A stretch of DNA of 43,686 bases from Perkinsus chesapeaki ATCC PRA-425 (GCA_013115145.1 JAAPAO010000281.1:1-43686); one strand, 5' to 3'. Positions 30,796 through 43,686 are shown, counted from the first letter of the stretch. Notes: a model not told the origin generated them from the letters alone. A program made the numbers and translations.

Positions 30796-32792
30796 ATGAC
30801 ACCGAAAATTCTTCATAGTGCGATGGTATCTTCCATTCGCGTTAGATTCGTGGATGAAGCTTGGATATTTCTGCTTTCAGTATTTTTCTCACCATGTCAT
30901 CATCTGTTGTCCATCGGATACCTACCCTTCCGCATTCCCGTCTGGTGCTCGCCGCGGCCACCCGACATTTCTCCACCGGGCCAACCTTCACCACCGGAGT
31001 TCTTCGTTGGGAGCACAGGACGCAGAACTTCAACAAGTGACCCAAACCCCTCCTGCTAGATAGCACTGTCCCTTCACAGATACGAGTATGCGCTGGTAAC
31101 ACCAACAGATGATCACGTTGGGTTCAAGTCTCGAAGGTGAGATACCCCTGAGGGCTTGAGGGAGCATGAGCTGCTTAGGTCAGCACCTCAGCCTCGGTAT
31201 CTGTTCTTCCCTTCGTTTTCATTGGTAAGCAGTCGTGAGGAATGGAGAGCAACAGCAAAGCATCTGGCGGAGCTCGGTACTCCTCCTTCTCCTCTGTGGC
31301 TGTAGGGTGGGTATCTGTGTTTAGGCCACACATCTGCGGTGGTAGACTGGCCAGGTTTTGCATTAAAGGATGGCTTTGCCAACTGGGCCATGTTGGAGGA
31401 TGTCTTTCAAGGGACACTAGTCAGCACGTACACACATTTTGCTTATCAAGTCGGTCGGCCATGTGGCGACTTGCACTGATGTCGGCCTATCAGGTTCTTG
31501 ACCATTTCTCCTCCCGCTCGAGGCCGTTCTATGTTGTTGTTGCTGGAGGGCAGGCGACGATCTATGTCCTTCGCGCACTTCGAGAACTTGAGACTGAAAA
31601 GAAGCAGAAGATAGCTCATGTGGTGGCAACATCGCCAACGTGGCTGGCCTACTTGAGAAGGTATCCCAACCTTTCCCTTTGGCTTCATTCTCCCTCTCAG
31701 GTGGGTCGGTGAGGACAAACCCAAGGCCCTGGCCAGACGCCAGCAGTACATCGAAAAGAGACTTCCTGAGATGCTCGCCACATGGTTTCGGTTGTCTAGG
31801 ATGTACAGTGGGAAAGGGATGGTTAAGAGAATAATGAAGAGGCAGATGGACGCCAACTCGATCACACCACAGCTGATTTTCCAGAAGCGAGTGAGCCTCC
31901 TGTTCGGCGAGAGCAGTGTGTGGCTATCAGTCTGCGGCAGGTGATATTGAGAAGACATAGACCCTATCAGTTGGACACTGCTATGATAGTCGGAAGGACG
32001 GATCCGGTGCAGGACACGGTGACATTTATGAGGGAAATACTACAGGGAACTCGCCCGCAATGGGAGGGCTCAGCTGGACTAGTGCACACTGAAAGTCCAG
32101 AGATGCGTAGGTCTGCTGCAGGCTGCTCGATAATAGATCAATTGATGATAGGGGCCGCAGATGCTGCATTGGCGGACAGTGATGATGAGGATGACATGCT
32201 GCTCAGCTTGAAGGTGCCAAAGTGGAGTAAGAAGTTGGAGGAAGAGGACAGTAGGCCATGGTGCGGCTCTCCATGGTAGCTTGACTTTTCAGAGGCAGCT
32301 GAGACGCGATGGAACAGCACTGCCGAGGCTATGCATTGCCCGCCTCTCACGTACCTCCTACCAACTACGTCATTATACCAGGCAGATGAGAGGACTATTG
32401 AGAATGTGAAGGAAGCTATCATGAGCGCTAATAGGAATGACCTCTTCTATAAGGAGATCCCTGGAGGGCTGGCCATGCACGAGGAGGTCCTCGTTGCATG
32501 GCCCTTCAGCGATGTATCTGATGTGTCCCTCAGGTCCCAGCTGTTGTAGCAGATCATTTGGACACTCTACACGCTAGTGGAAGTCTGGCTGCCTCAGAGG
32601 GTGCCTTAGTTGACGAAGATACAGCTGATACGGAGACCACTGGCACGGAGGAGGCTTCCGGGGTAGGAGGGCAGCAACTGAGACTGGTAAAGTGCTATTA
32701 ATGGCATTCAGGGCGTCTACTATGAGGACCCCGACGCCTCTCCAAAGAGTAGCTCAGATAAGCCCAAGGTCGCTGCAGGACCAACGTTATGA
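30796..32792 (+). CDS. Alpha/beta hydrolase-fold protein (multi-exon; start uncertain)
   Basis: LFFPSFSLVSSREEWRATAKHL, AVDWPGF, YVVVAGGQATIYVL and VVATSPTW. Confidence 0.65.
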
Positions 32793-32861
32793 TGCATTTA
32801 TGTTTCTGAGGTGTTTCCTAAATCAACCTTTGTTGTGTTCCCCAGTGGGAGGGACGCGGAC

Positions 32862-33796
32862 ATGACGAACAGAGCAAGCTGCATGTGAAGCAGGATTGCA
32901 GTGTACCAGCTAATGACATTGTTTCACTTTCTGTTCTACACCACCTTGGCTGCCGTTCAAATAGCCATACTGTTATGGTGTTTCACTGGCCCTAGGACCA
33001 GATGCACCGATCGTAGGAGGCAGACATTGATGGCTGGATGTGGCCTCCTCTGGTGCCTCCTGACAGAGCTCATAGAGATAAAAGGCTATCGGGAGGCATC
33101 GGGAGAGAGGTATGCTCAGGGGAGCTGACTTACGAACGCAGGGATCATCAGATTCCACCGCGCAATAGGTTGAAGATGTTGTTGTTCTATTTTTAGATGG
33201 TGTGACTTACCTATTACCATGTTATCATGCTCTCCTCTATTGGAGTCCAAGATAAACCATCTCTATCTGTATTGGGGAATAGTCGCTGACTGGTCGTTCT
33301 TCAACAGGAGCATCGCCACTGTTATGGGAGCCCTCTTTGGATTCATGCTATTCGTGAGCCCCTCAGTAACCTTTGTATACCTCACTTTTGCCCTTCAGGT
33401 GGAGCCTTACATTCGAGAGAGAGCCGGCCCCCTCGGCCCGCCAATCTGGCTTTACCCCATCTCCAAGATAGCCTGTATCATCGCCTTGGCCTCTATCAGC
33501 TATCTCTTCGTTGCCGCATGGTTTCAGCTAGAGCTTATACCGATTCTCCCGTAGTGCCCTCTAAATTGCTCAACTACCCTTTTCATATCGGTGCCTTCCT
33601 CAGATACGGTCCCATCCTCGCCTGCGCTGCTGGCCTCTTGCAGGCCGTTTCCAACATTGAGCGAGACAACACTGCACTTTACAAGTACATGGTGGCCCAA
33701 CGGCGAGAGCAACTGAGGGCTGCCCGTGGAGCAACAGCGGGACCAACGATGGCAGGGTCCGAGGCTACCGCCGAAGATAGGAAGAAGACTACGTGA
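32862..33796 (+). CDS. Uncharacterised multi-pass membrane protein (multi-exon; start uncertain)
   Basis: Consecutive hydrophobic ORF segments at 32901-33128, 33219-33554 and 33518-33796, separated by short introns. Confidence 0.55.
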
Positions 33797-33862
33797 ACGT
33801 TCCTTTACCATTGCAAGGCCTGTTGCGTTCTTCTCCTCGCCGCGGCGTCTCTTTGGATCATT

Positions 33863-34947
33863 ATGTCATCCGTTCGGAAGGCGACTGATCATCATCGTCA
33901 ACGGCATAACAGACGCGAGATGAGCTCCAACGAAGCAGTTTCTCGCCTCCTGTCTAAGGTGAGCTCTGCCGTTCAGCTGCTCCCCGGGAGTCCTCTAGCG
34001 GGCCATTCTCCACCGAAAGTGACGTCGTCGGGGCCTCTTTCGGCTCACCCGGCTGCGTCGACGGCGAGGCACCATAGGCGTTGTGTTCTTACATGGGTAA
34101 GCACTGTGTCAGGTTCTACGGCACAAGGCTGTGGACATGGGCCTAGCCATCGATAGGGCTGGTTACGTAAAAGTGAACGACCTGCTAGTCCATCCGCGGT
34201 TCAAAAGCTTAAAGGTGTCTGAAGATGATATAAAGCAGTGTGTAGCAACCAATGCCAAACAACGGTAGGGGCAGCCTTATAACCCAGTTGATGCCTTTTA
34301 CAGTTGTAGCCAGATTCGCCTTAACCACAGCGCCTGATGGTGAACTTCTCATACGGGCAACACAGGGGCACTCATTCCCCTCGGCCATAGTAGATCCGAC
34401 GCTCATCATGTAAGCTCATGTCGGTTACGTGCTTGAACGTAACTGTTTGATAGGACTCCAGTGAGCATGGCATGCCTCCCCCCACTGCTGGTGCATGGTA
34501 CCTATTTTAGTCACTGGAAGGCCATCCTCGCCAGTGGTGGTTTAAAGCCTATGAGCGTGGGTATCGGTTGTCTTTCTTACCGCACTTCCATCTTTCAGAG
34601 ACAACATATCCATCTAGTCGATGCATCAGAGACACTGACAGGAGTTGTCAGCGGCTTGAGGAAGTCGGCGGAGATCTACGTAAGTTCCAACGGGCCGGCT
34701 GCCTTTGAGGCTGAGCATTTGCCGTAGGTGTATGTGGATGCCAAGAGGGCTGCCGAGGATCATATACCTTTTCTGAGAAGCGCTAATAATGTGTATCTTA
34801 CGTCGGGCAAGGTATGATTCTTATTAGGTCACCTAGGAAACAACTATCTCTGTTCAGGACGGTCTGCTCGGCACACAGTACTTCAAGAAAGTTGTTGATG
34901 TTAAGGAGAGTGCCGAGGCTAAGAAGGAGTATCTTCTAAACTACTGA
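33863..34947 (+). CDS. TPT1: tRNA 2'-phosphotransferase (Tpt1/KptA) (multi-exon)
   Basis: SRLLSK...LRHKAVDMGL...GYVKVNDLL, IRATQGHS, VHGTYFSHW, QHIHL, SGLRKSAEIYV and SANNVYLTSG. Confidence 0.92.
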
Positions 34948-35146
34948 AACAAGCTGGTTAACTTCTACATGGGATAGCTGCTCGAGCTCGCCGCGGAAGT
35001 GATGGTCTGATGTCTTTCGGAGGCCTTTGGATTACTATATGTGAACTGCATGTATCATTCAGCGTTGCGTTAATTTGCCTTCTCGCATGTACGCTGCGAT
35101 AGCGGGGTTTAACTTAGTTGCTTGGAGTCTCCTGTTGACGTAGCAA

Positions 35147-37880
35147 ATGGTCCACCAGAAGAACAGTAAGGAGGTTGCATTGAAGAGGCAGCTAAAGGCC
35201 TTTCAGACGAAGATGTGAGGCATCTTCCCCAGCTTCGCTCTATTATAACTGTATAGGTACACGTCAGCTCGAGAGCATGACATACTGGGAGCATTCAAAA
35301 CATACGAGGAGATCATAGAAAATGACGAGTTCGTCAAAGCCGGCCTCACTAAAGGGGTAATGTCACAACAGTAGCAGCCGTGGCTCACATCACCCGTGTC
35401 TACATAGAGATATGTATGCTCATCGATCATGGGTTCCCGGTGTTCAGATGCATGGTAGAATCCTCACTGTGGCGGCTAGTGATGTGAACCTTGAAGCCGG
35501 ATGTCCGTCAAAGGACATCGCTACTGCTAAGGAAATTCTCAGGTTGTCTCAAGAAGTCCTCGCGAAATGTACGCAAGTCATGTTTAAGCGTCCGATTCTT
35601 ATCGATCATTAGCAGGCTCAGAGCGGCAAGAGAATATCCTCACGAGCATGGTTAAGTTGGCAGTTGCTGCCGGTGAAATCGACTTGGCCCTCGAATACCA
35701 CAAGGAATGTGCGTTCCGCCGCTGCTCCTCATCCACAGGCCCGAGTTGCCAGGTTTAACCAACTTCCAGCCTCGTCTGAGAAGCTACGTCCCCCTCTTGC
35801 AGCTTTACTCATCGCCGCAATATCAAGACTTTGATGTATGACCCGCGCGCAGTATCCCAGGTATCTTTCTTCAGGCGGTTATGAACTTAGTTGCCGACCT
35901 TGAAGGCCGGGGGTTCACTCTAGGCGATGCAGAGTTGTCGTACATTCTCCGCTGTTGTCCTGCTGGAAAAGGTATTCACGTCGCACGGGAGCTGATTTTG
36001 CATGCTCGTACTTAGGTTTTGATTTTCTTGCCAACAAAGTCGCCAATACCATCGACGTAGTGACAGATTCGCGATTGACAGACTCCATACAAACCATGGG
36101 TGACCGAGACTCGGTAACGTGACTGTCGAGTAACTATAGCCATGTATGGCACATCGTTTACTCAGAACATCGAAGTTCAATCCACCGAAATCGCGCCCGA
36201 TGGCACATGTACCAAGACTGGCATAAAACTGCAGTCGATTGATATAACCGATGATGAGCTTCATGAGCTTTCGGAGTTGACCGAGCGCCTGGCTACTCAA
36301 AACTTGTCTGAGGAGCAACAAGAGAAGTTCCGCGACCTCCAGCGTTATCTTGGTGAGGAAAGTCAGACATACTCTGTGGGATACGGACCTGGTTATGTAG
36401 ATGATCAATCGAGGCCGGCCACCATTATCGTTGACGCGGCGAATATCGGTCATATGAACCAGAACTATGCAGATGGCTTCTTCCAGCATTCACAAATTGA
36501 TGACGTTGCGGAGCATTTCATTAAGGAAGGGAAAAAGGTAGCATCTTGTGAGCGTTTCGAATGAACTCCATTGAATGTGAACAGGTTCTTGTCATACTAC
36601 ACAGTAAATGGCTCGAACCTGGTCTGGACCTGACCGTCGGCACGGGACCCCTCGCCAAAAAGAGACGGAAAATTGCCAGCAAACACAAGCAAAAGCTCGC
36701 TAGACTAGACGGTAACCCGCATGTTAGGATAGGATACATGTATAGGCTGTCTACTTGCTAAATGATGGCAAGCTTAAAGGGAATGTGAATCCGTGGGAAA
36801 GCGATTCACAGAATACGCGGACAAGATTTAAAAATGTGACAGCCGTGGGGTTCGAACCCACGCCCTTTCGGAATGGCGCCTAAAGCCACCGCCTTAGACC
36901 ACTCGGCCAGACTGTCGGTGAAAATATTGATTTGCTTTCTGAGGGGTACGGACGTCGGACACAGTTACCGCCCTTTACCTCTGAAACACGCTTCTTATTA
37001 GCCTTCCTTCCTTCTATAAGGTACATTCGCGCCTGAACTTGATCCTGAGCTCACTTCTTCGTCTGCCCCAGCCAGCGCATCTAACCCGGAAAGTCCTGAT
37101 GAAGCTGGATCATCCAAGCCACAGAGCTCGCATGAGAGCGAAGAAGACGATATTGAAGAGCTCAGCGAAGAGAAGCGCAATAAGTACAATGAGCTCATTA
37201 AGAAGTAGTCCTTGATTTGTGGCAATCGTAACTGGCACGAGTTTCGGGTAGGTATAATGAGAAGTGGGCAAAGCAGAGTGATGATAAAGGAAGCCTTTTC
37301 GAGCTTTACAGAGTACGTTATCACAGTCACATTAGCATTCCTCATGTACATTTGGTAGGTGCCACCGCGTGCGAATGATGACTGGTTTTGGATGTACGCT
37401 GCTATCCGCTGCGAAGAACAAGCACGTGAGTTGGCCAAAAAGGAGGGGAAGGAGCCCGAACGGGTGTTCGTAATCTCCAATGACCTCATGAGAGATCACT
37501 TCTGGCGAATGATGGTAGTTTTACATCATAGAATCCGTTACATTCCTTGATATTCCCGAAGGTTCCCCAATCCTTCCTGCGGTGGCGCGAGCGACACGTT
37601 TGCCGAGTCAAGATCACGTTCCCAGAAGAAGACGTCGATAAGAAAGAGTAAGTGGGAGGGAAGGAGGCTATCACTGCCGCCTTTGCAGGTACACCTTTGA
37701 GATGCCTTCCGATTATTCAACGAGAGTTCAACATCAGGGACCTTACTGTCACGTAATAGGTCCAGTTATATGGTGAGCGACACGCTTTCCACGTAGGTAC
37801 CCATTACACGTCCAATAGACGACCAACAACCGGAGACCGAGACTAAATGGCTAGTTGTCATTGATAAATCGAAAGACTAG
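35147..37880 (+). CDS. PRORP: Protein-only RNase P (PPR + NYN nuclease) (multi-exon; start approximate)
   Basis: PRLRSY PPR-like repeat, IIVDAANIGH, VILHSKW, VPPRANDDWFWMYAA, ISNDLMRDH and FLRWRERH. Confidence 0.9.
36837..36916 (-). tRNA. trnL-TAG: tRNA-Leu(UAG)
   Basis: GACAGTC acceptor stem, D-arm TGGCCGAGTGGTCTAAGGC, anticodon arm GTGGC-TTTAGGC-GCCAT, long variable arm, T-arm GGTTCGAACCCC, discriminator A. Confidence 0.96.
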
Positions 37881-37921
37881 AAGTGATGTGCTTCTCTACG
37901 TTTCTCTCTACACAAAACCTG

Positions 37922-40213
37922 TTACGTTTTGCAAGTCTCGTATGTCCCTAGAGCACTATTAACAAAACACAAAGCCTTGAAAGAGAGACACTTTACTGTA
38001 CATGCTTCGGAGTCTTTAGAACCCTTTGCTTCTTTTTTGTCCGAAGAGGTGGATATTTCTGCATGTAGTTGATTGATGGCAAAGAGCTTCCGACCGCTCG
38101 GCACAACCTGTGGGGCAGGTTTGTTCCCAAAGTGATAAACTTCGTACTCTCCGTTGTCGAAGCTGCCTCCCGGAAAATAGATTGTCACGATGGCTGCGAG
38201 GTCCTCCTCGCTCAATTCAGTATCGAAATCTCTGCGCCGAGCCATCGCATCGATGAGCTCGATGTGAGCAACAGTCTGCCGAGAACCTTGCTCTGTATGG
38301 TGCGCCTTTCTGTCATCCGCTGAGGCCACCAGGATGAAAGACATCTGCCATCGCCACTGTGCGAGCGTCTGGCTCATCTGAGCTCACCAAGACCCCGGCC
38401 AGCACAACGATCATGGTCGCCATAGCCACCTTCAGGTGACCTGGAAAACAACCATTGGCTCTCCCGTCGGAGGTCTGTTACGTATTTCTTCGGTTGTTGC
38501 ATCATCATGACCCCAAGGTGAACCGGCGTAGTTACCATGCAACAGCTCGGGTGAGTGTACCATCCGATTGGACCACCCTGTGTTTAACTGATTTACTAAC
38601 ACCGCACAAGACCGATTATAAAATCCGTATCCTTTTAAACTGTGGGCGATCGCCATTCGACGGGTCACCCTTAATGGTATAGTATGACTCAAACAGCATT
38701 GGATCACTAAGCAGATCAGGCTTAACCGGTGGTCGCTCGTCGATGCTGATGTCGAGCAGCTTGAAGAGGTCTTGGAAGACTCTATCAGAACGAGTGAAGA
38801 AACGAAGATCTGCATGAATAGACTAACGGTTGAGCGTGGATAGTGGCCTACCGCAACGCGAATCGTAATCTGTCTTTTGGAGGTTGATGATGACCACCCG
38901 CCCTCGCTGTGTCTTCTTCATACGACTATTGATCCACTGGGCATAAAAAGGGAAGGAACTTGCTGGTTCGATACGCAAAGAAGAGCCTAACAAGGCAACA
39001 TGATGAGGAGTAAATGATGAGTAATTCGTCTCACCCACAACTATACACAAATCGGCTAGCTTGCATTGTCGAATTGCTCGGCTCTTGTCCGGCTCGGGCA
39101 GCTCCTCCTCCCAGTCCAGCACACAGTCACGGAGAACACAATCTCGCCGATGGCCCTCTCGCCTGGCTGTACGAACAGGCCGCCGCAGGGATGTCTCTGC
39201 AAAGGAATCACATTAAACCTGTTAAGCATAAGCAGGGTATCGTCTACTTTCATTGCTTCGCTCGCATTTGGGACATAGTAGCCCTCCTGGCAAAGGCTTC
39301 TGGCCGCAGCCACCGAGGTCATCTAAGTGACGGTACCTGCTGAAGCGTTAGAGAGGTTTGGTTGTTTGCTGTGTTCACTCAGTTTGACAACTCTCACAGA
39401 ACGAAGCGAGAAGGCAGCCGTGAATCTCTGATAGGACGCTCCGTGGTATACCGGACTTCCAGTGGAGACCATCGACATTCTGAAGTGAGCGCGTGGATTA
39501 TTGAAGGATCTCCATGGAGTGGTCGTTGGATGCTTACTTGTGTAATGACGGCCTTGGCCTTTCCGCGGCTGATGAGCTCCGCAATCGCCACATGAGAGTA
39601 GCTGGGAGTTGCTTCAGAAAACGCTGAAGAGAGGACGATCACCAGCGACAGAGGAATCGCCGAGGACTCACAGACAGCTTCTGGACCTTCGGCGGTGGAT
39701 GGCGTCAAGGAGGAATCTTCCGTTGCGTTCCTACATGTGGAACGTCGTTTCTCTCTTGTCCAAACTCCATTCGGGCCGCGGAAATCAGGTATACCGCACG
39801 CAGTGGAGATACCGGCACCAGTGAAGAATACGAGATGCTGAAGAATAGCGTAGTTTTATACAGAGGACTTAGGAGTAGCAGATTAGTTAGAATCGTGGAT
39901 CCAAATGGTGACAATACATAGTAGGGTGCCGGGAGCCTGTACAGAGTCTAGAGTTGGGTCGAGCTTGATAAGAATGGGCTCACTGGCGCACACTCTGCCT
40001 CACTAAAAGATCAGTCCCCTGGAGGCCTACCTCGGCCTCCTCAACCCACTTGGTGAGCTGCTGTATCTTTTCAACATATTCATGAGAGTCATAATCCTCT
40101 TCATATTCTGGATCACCACACACCCCCTTGTTAGGGTATGGACTGAGTCTATCATTGTAGGCACCAGAGCTGGACCGACGACCAGACGACGACGGGGGCG
40201 ACTCGACCGGCAT
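37922..40213 (-). CDS. SIRT6: NAD-dependent deacylase, class IV sirtuin (SIRT6/SRT1-like) (multi-exon)
   Basis: [19 protein letters not shown]-terminus, [53 protein letters not shown] and [11 protein letters not shown]. Confidence 0.9.
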
Positions 40214-40306
40214 GGAAAACACTGAGGCCGCGCAGAGTTGTTAAGTATCCGTCATTCGACTATACACGAGTGTTAGACACATCTTTTGACCATGCTGGGA
40301 GCCAAA

Positions 40307-43300
40307 CTAGCTGCAGCACTCGGAGCCAGCGGAGCTTCTTTCGTGCGGTACACTAATGCATCTGCGTAGCGCGATGCCCCTCACCAAAAGTGGGGTAGGG
40401 TGATCCACTTTATCCTTCTCCAGTGAGCTCGGCATAGGTGATGGTAGCTTTAACGGGAAGGATAGGTGATTCATATCACAAGAGTTATGCCAGACAGTGA
40501 AGGAATGTAGCACCGTGAAGGGGCAGCCGAGCCTCCGCCGAGGAACAGCGGTCAAATGCTACAGGCGATATTTTGCAGCTGTCAGAGAGACGATGTAGGA
40601 ATCCGTTAGAGGAGGGTAAATGATAGAAGTAGATGAGGAATGACGATCCAGAGAGCACCCATCTTCCCACTAGTATGGAAGGGACATACACCCTGTAGCG
40701 CACCGAGTAGCGACTAATCGAGCAGCTGCACGCACGCGCAGGTGATGATGTGATTCAGGGCCCTCGTAAGGATAGCGTAGCGCAGCCATGGCTATCTACT
40801 ATGACCTTAGACCAGGTAGAATTTAACGAGGAGACATGTTAACATCATCAAAGGTGAAAGATGTCCACAAATGGCTTCAGCTAGCCACCATACGATTGCG
40901 CGCGCCCACGACTGGCGACTATAATACATAGGGTGTTCTAAGTGACCTCGGATATGTACGAAGGCAATCACAACTTCATCCGTTCTATATCGCCTGTTGC
41001 CTAGATTTAGTGCTTTCGCAGCAAGTAGAAGGTGGTTTTTGCTGACCCAGTTCACGTTTGAAATACGCAGGCCAGCGTTTGGCGTGGTGGTTCGTGCTCG
41101 ACCGTGGTGGGATAATCATCAACGCAACTCATCGAACTATCAGAAACTTTTACGAGAAACATCTTCATCGGTCGAATTGCTCGTGCCATCTTCACTATAC
41201 ATGGGGAACTCAGTAAAGGCATGCTCATGTGCTCCATCGTCGCCCTCTCCAGCCGATAAAGTAGTCCCATCACGATCTTGCCAGCCCATAGCTCGTAATG
41301 ACTCCATGATCCTCTGGGCATCCTGCTCGTTCGCGGCGGCCACGAATGACTCTCTTGCCAGCAAGTGCCGCAACTGAGGGACACACTTCAACTTGAAAAC
41401 GCAACGTGAAGTGGAGCACTTTTCCGAGAAGGCCGTTGTGACGGTAGTGGAGGTTTGCCATCGCGTCCAGCGCAGAGGCAACCTCAGCCGGGGTGAACTC
41501 CGCATCATCTCGATTGCTCACATGGTCGCAAATAGACTCCGCTGCCGAATCTGAGGATAACAAGGACTTCGCTGTACACTGCAAAGATGCTCCTCACTGT
41601 AGATGCTGTTGCTCTTGGGGCTAACATGGAGCATGCTCATCGCTTGAACTATACCAAGCAGCGGCAGAATCTGGCATCGGTCCCTTGTAGGGTCAACCTC
41701 GTCGGCAACCGACACAGAATACTCGTCCAGAGCCGATGAGGCCGATTCATCCACCTGAACCACAAGTACTCTAAACTCCAAGCGGGTGGTGGTGTATACA
41801 GTCTCATCAGGAACGATAGTGTCCTGTACAGCAATGAGATGAGGGACCCTTCCCAAAGTGGTGTCTATGAGCTGGAGATTGTTTATGTTTAGTCTGGCGT
41901 AGCCACGCAGCAACATGAATATCTCCGACAAGGTCACCGTTGCGAGACTAAACAGGGGACATCAATCAACCTCAGAAGTATCTTCGTCAAAATGCAAACG
42001 GAAGCCTCTCACTTCTTTTCAACAAGCTCTGGTGTGTGATAAAGTAACGGACCATTGCGGACATCTGCTATACTAAACGAGTGCACCAGCGACGCCGCTA
42101 TCCTTGGTGTCATCTTCTCCGCTTCACGAGATACCTTAAAGGCAGAACCCTTGCCCCATTGGAGCCCGTGTACGCCCTGGTCACCTGGTCACCAAGTGCT
42201 GCGAACAACTCTGGAGCTTTATGCCCAGCTCGAGCATAGGAGGACGCCACTAGCATCACCGACTGTAATGTATAATTCTTTATATGCTTTGGGATTTCCT
42301 AGTAGCCAGGTGAGCGCAAAACAGCAGGCGAGGTGGATACCTTAGCGAAATAGTCGAACAGTAGAGGGTTCGGGTGGTTGAGCTTGGCGTAAGAGTTCAG
42401 CATCAAAGCCACTCCTTGGGGGGAGAATCTGTAACACTCTCGCGGATCCCGGGAGAGCCAGCCCTACTTTCCACGATGTCGAAATGACTCATCCATGAGG
42501 ACTTCCAACAAAAATCTATTGTGCACATTCAACCGGGCTAAATCGGAACAGTAGCTCCTTTAGTTGAATGACGAGTAGGAAGCCTCACCGTAGCTGTTGG
42601 CCACAAGCGCTAGTGATTTAGGTGGGAGGTCGCCTATCCTTTTACATATCTCACCAGCCAGCACAGCAAATAGTTTGGTATCGGTCAGCTGCAGCTTAGC
42701 AAAAGCCGAGCACGTCTGACAGGGCAAAGACTAACCTGTTGACCACGAACAGTGGGGCTTACCAGAGCGAGATGCCAGCCCTCCATATTAGGGGCTACCT
42801 CCACGACCCGCCGTCTGATGACGTTGAATAGGCGTGGGTGGACGTACTGCAGTGAGGCAAATGCGAACATTATATCGCTGACCTACAGCGGACATCAGCC
42901 ACAACGGTGGAGGACTCCTACTTGTCTGGCATTGCATTTATGCATGAGCCGTGCTGCCTCCCTGGCGGCAATGTTGAACAGTAAGTCATGCCTCATCTCC
43001 AACCGAGCGTAGGAGGATAGAAGATACCTTCAGTAAGCTCTATTAAGTTATGCTACCAGCCCTACGCTAAATCAGCTGGAGAGAACCTCCCCATTTGTGT
43101 TGGATACTCCTGGGCAACCCGAGACAGCAGCTCACGGTCACGCAGTCGTAGCCGGGCCAAGGAGAAGCATATAACGCTCATGTCGGAAGGTTGCATCATC
43201 GGCACCTGGAAAGTGCTCCGGTCGGAGGTCCCTCTCCGTCCTACGATTTCTTTAGCGCGTTCTGCTATTGCTTTCCATGTCTTTGCGTCTTTTCGGCTCT

Positions 43301-43635
43301 CCCTTAGATTTCTCAACGCGTATCTTCAAACAGTAACATTTATCGAGTAAGCTCTCCCACACCAGCCCGCACCTGGTCAGCGTCCAAGGCGCCATTTTAC
43401 CGATACAATCGCCAGGGGAGCTCGCAGCAAAGCCGTCGAGCAGCGTGGCCACTCGTGCCCGCTGCATCATCCTAGTTGGAGGCCCCATGCTCCACTTCAA
43501 TTCACTGCAACAGCCTAATTTTCCCTTGGCCGAGTTGCGTCGGGCGCGCGCTTTTTCCCTGTGTGAAATTTTCCGCTCAAAACGTCCGGTAGCAAATCGC
43601 AGTACTTGTACATGGTTTGCCCATTTTTGGACCAA
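40307..43635 (-). CDS. Helical-repeat (heptatricopeptide/OPR-like) protein, possible C-terminal RAP domain (multi-exon; ends approximate)
   Basis: Recurring ~35-40-aa units such as SVICFSLARLRLRDRELLSRVA, MFAFASLQYVHPRLF, SAFAKLQLTDTKLF, LRGYARLNINNLQL and ALDAMANLHYRHNGL. RAP-like WRRIKWITLPHFW near the end. Confidence 0.6.
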
Positions 43636-43686
43636 TCCACTATTGGACCAAAGAGAAAAGCGCCAGTCCCTCTCTAAAAGCTTCCC

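Noticed and set aside
38432-38815. ELLHGNY as a second sirtuin catalytic His motif
   Set aside because: No other sirtuin motifs surround it, and the true core lies upstream at 39050-39800.
382-43635. Most short ORFs in the supplied track
   Set aside because: They are antisense or off-frame shadows of multi-exon genes or of the retrotransposon, as expected in ~50% GC DNA.

Overview
Eukaryotic, intron-rich, very gene-dense genomic DNA. It most resembles a Perkinsus-like alveolate; this is inferred from the short introns, compact layout and gene set, not proven. Bases ~1-11000 are an accessory, TE-rich zone. It holds a complete ~6.6-kb LTR retrotransposon with a BEL/Pao-like pol and identical 165-bp LTRs, a diverged solo LTR, and two paralogous single-exon 142-aa secreted-type ORFs. 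The most striking feature is a cluster of at least 8 stereotyped 22-bp 'inverted triplication' scars. Each reads T1-7 + reverse-complement(T1-8) + T2-8 of an 8-mer T, a net +14 bp. This matches the footprint expected from hairpin-forming (hAT-type, 8-bp TSD) transposon excision repaired by annealing across the TSD. Two scars are the only lesions splitting the retrotransposon's otherwise single 2084-aa ORF. Bases ~11000-43686 are housekeeping genes in strand-coherent blocks. The minus block has SPT6 (with a WG/GW-rich C-terminal tail), TSR2 and a mitochondrial carrier. A Harbinger-like MITE sits at the divergent strand switch. The plus block has phytochelatin synthase, TMEM135-like, POP4, a methyltransferase, an alpha/beta hydrolase, a membrane protein, TPT1 and PRORP (with an antisense tRNA-Leu in an intron). 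The last minus block has SIRT6-like and a helical-repeat/RAP-like protein. Multi-exon gene boundaries were read by eye and are approximate. All protein assignments come from motif recognition; no database search was run.
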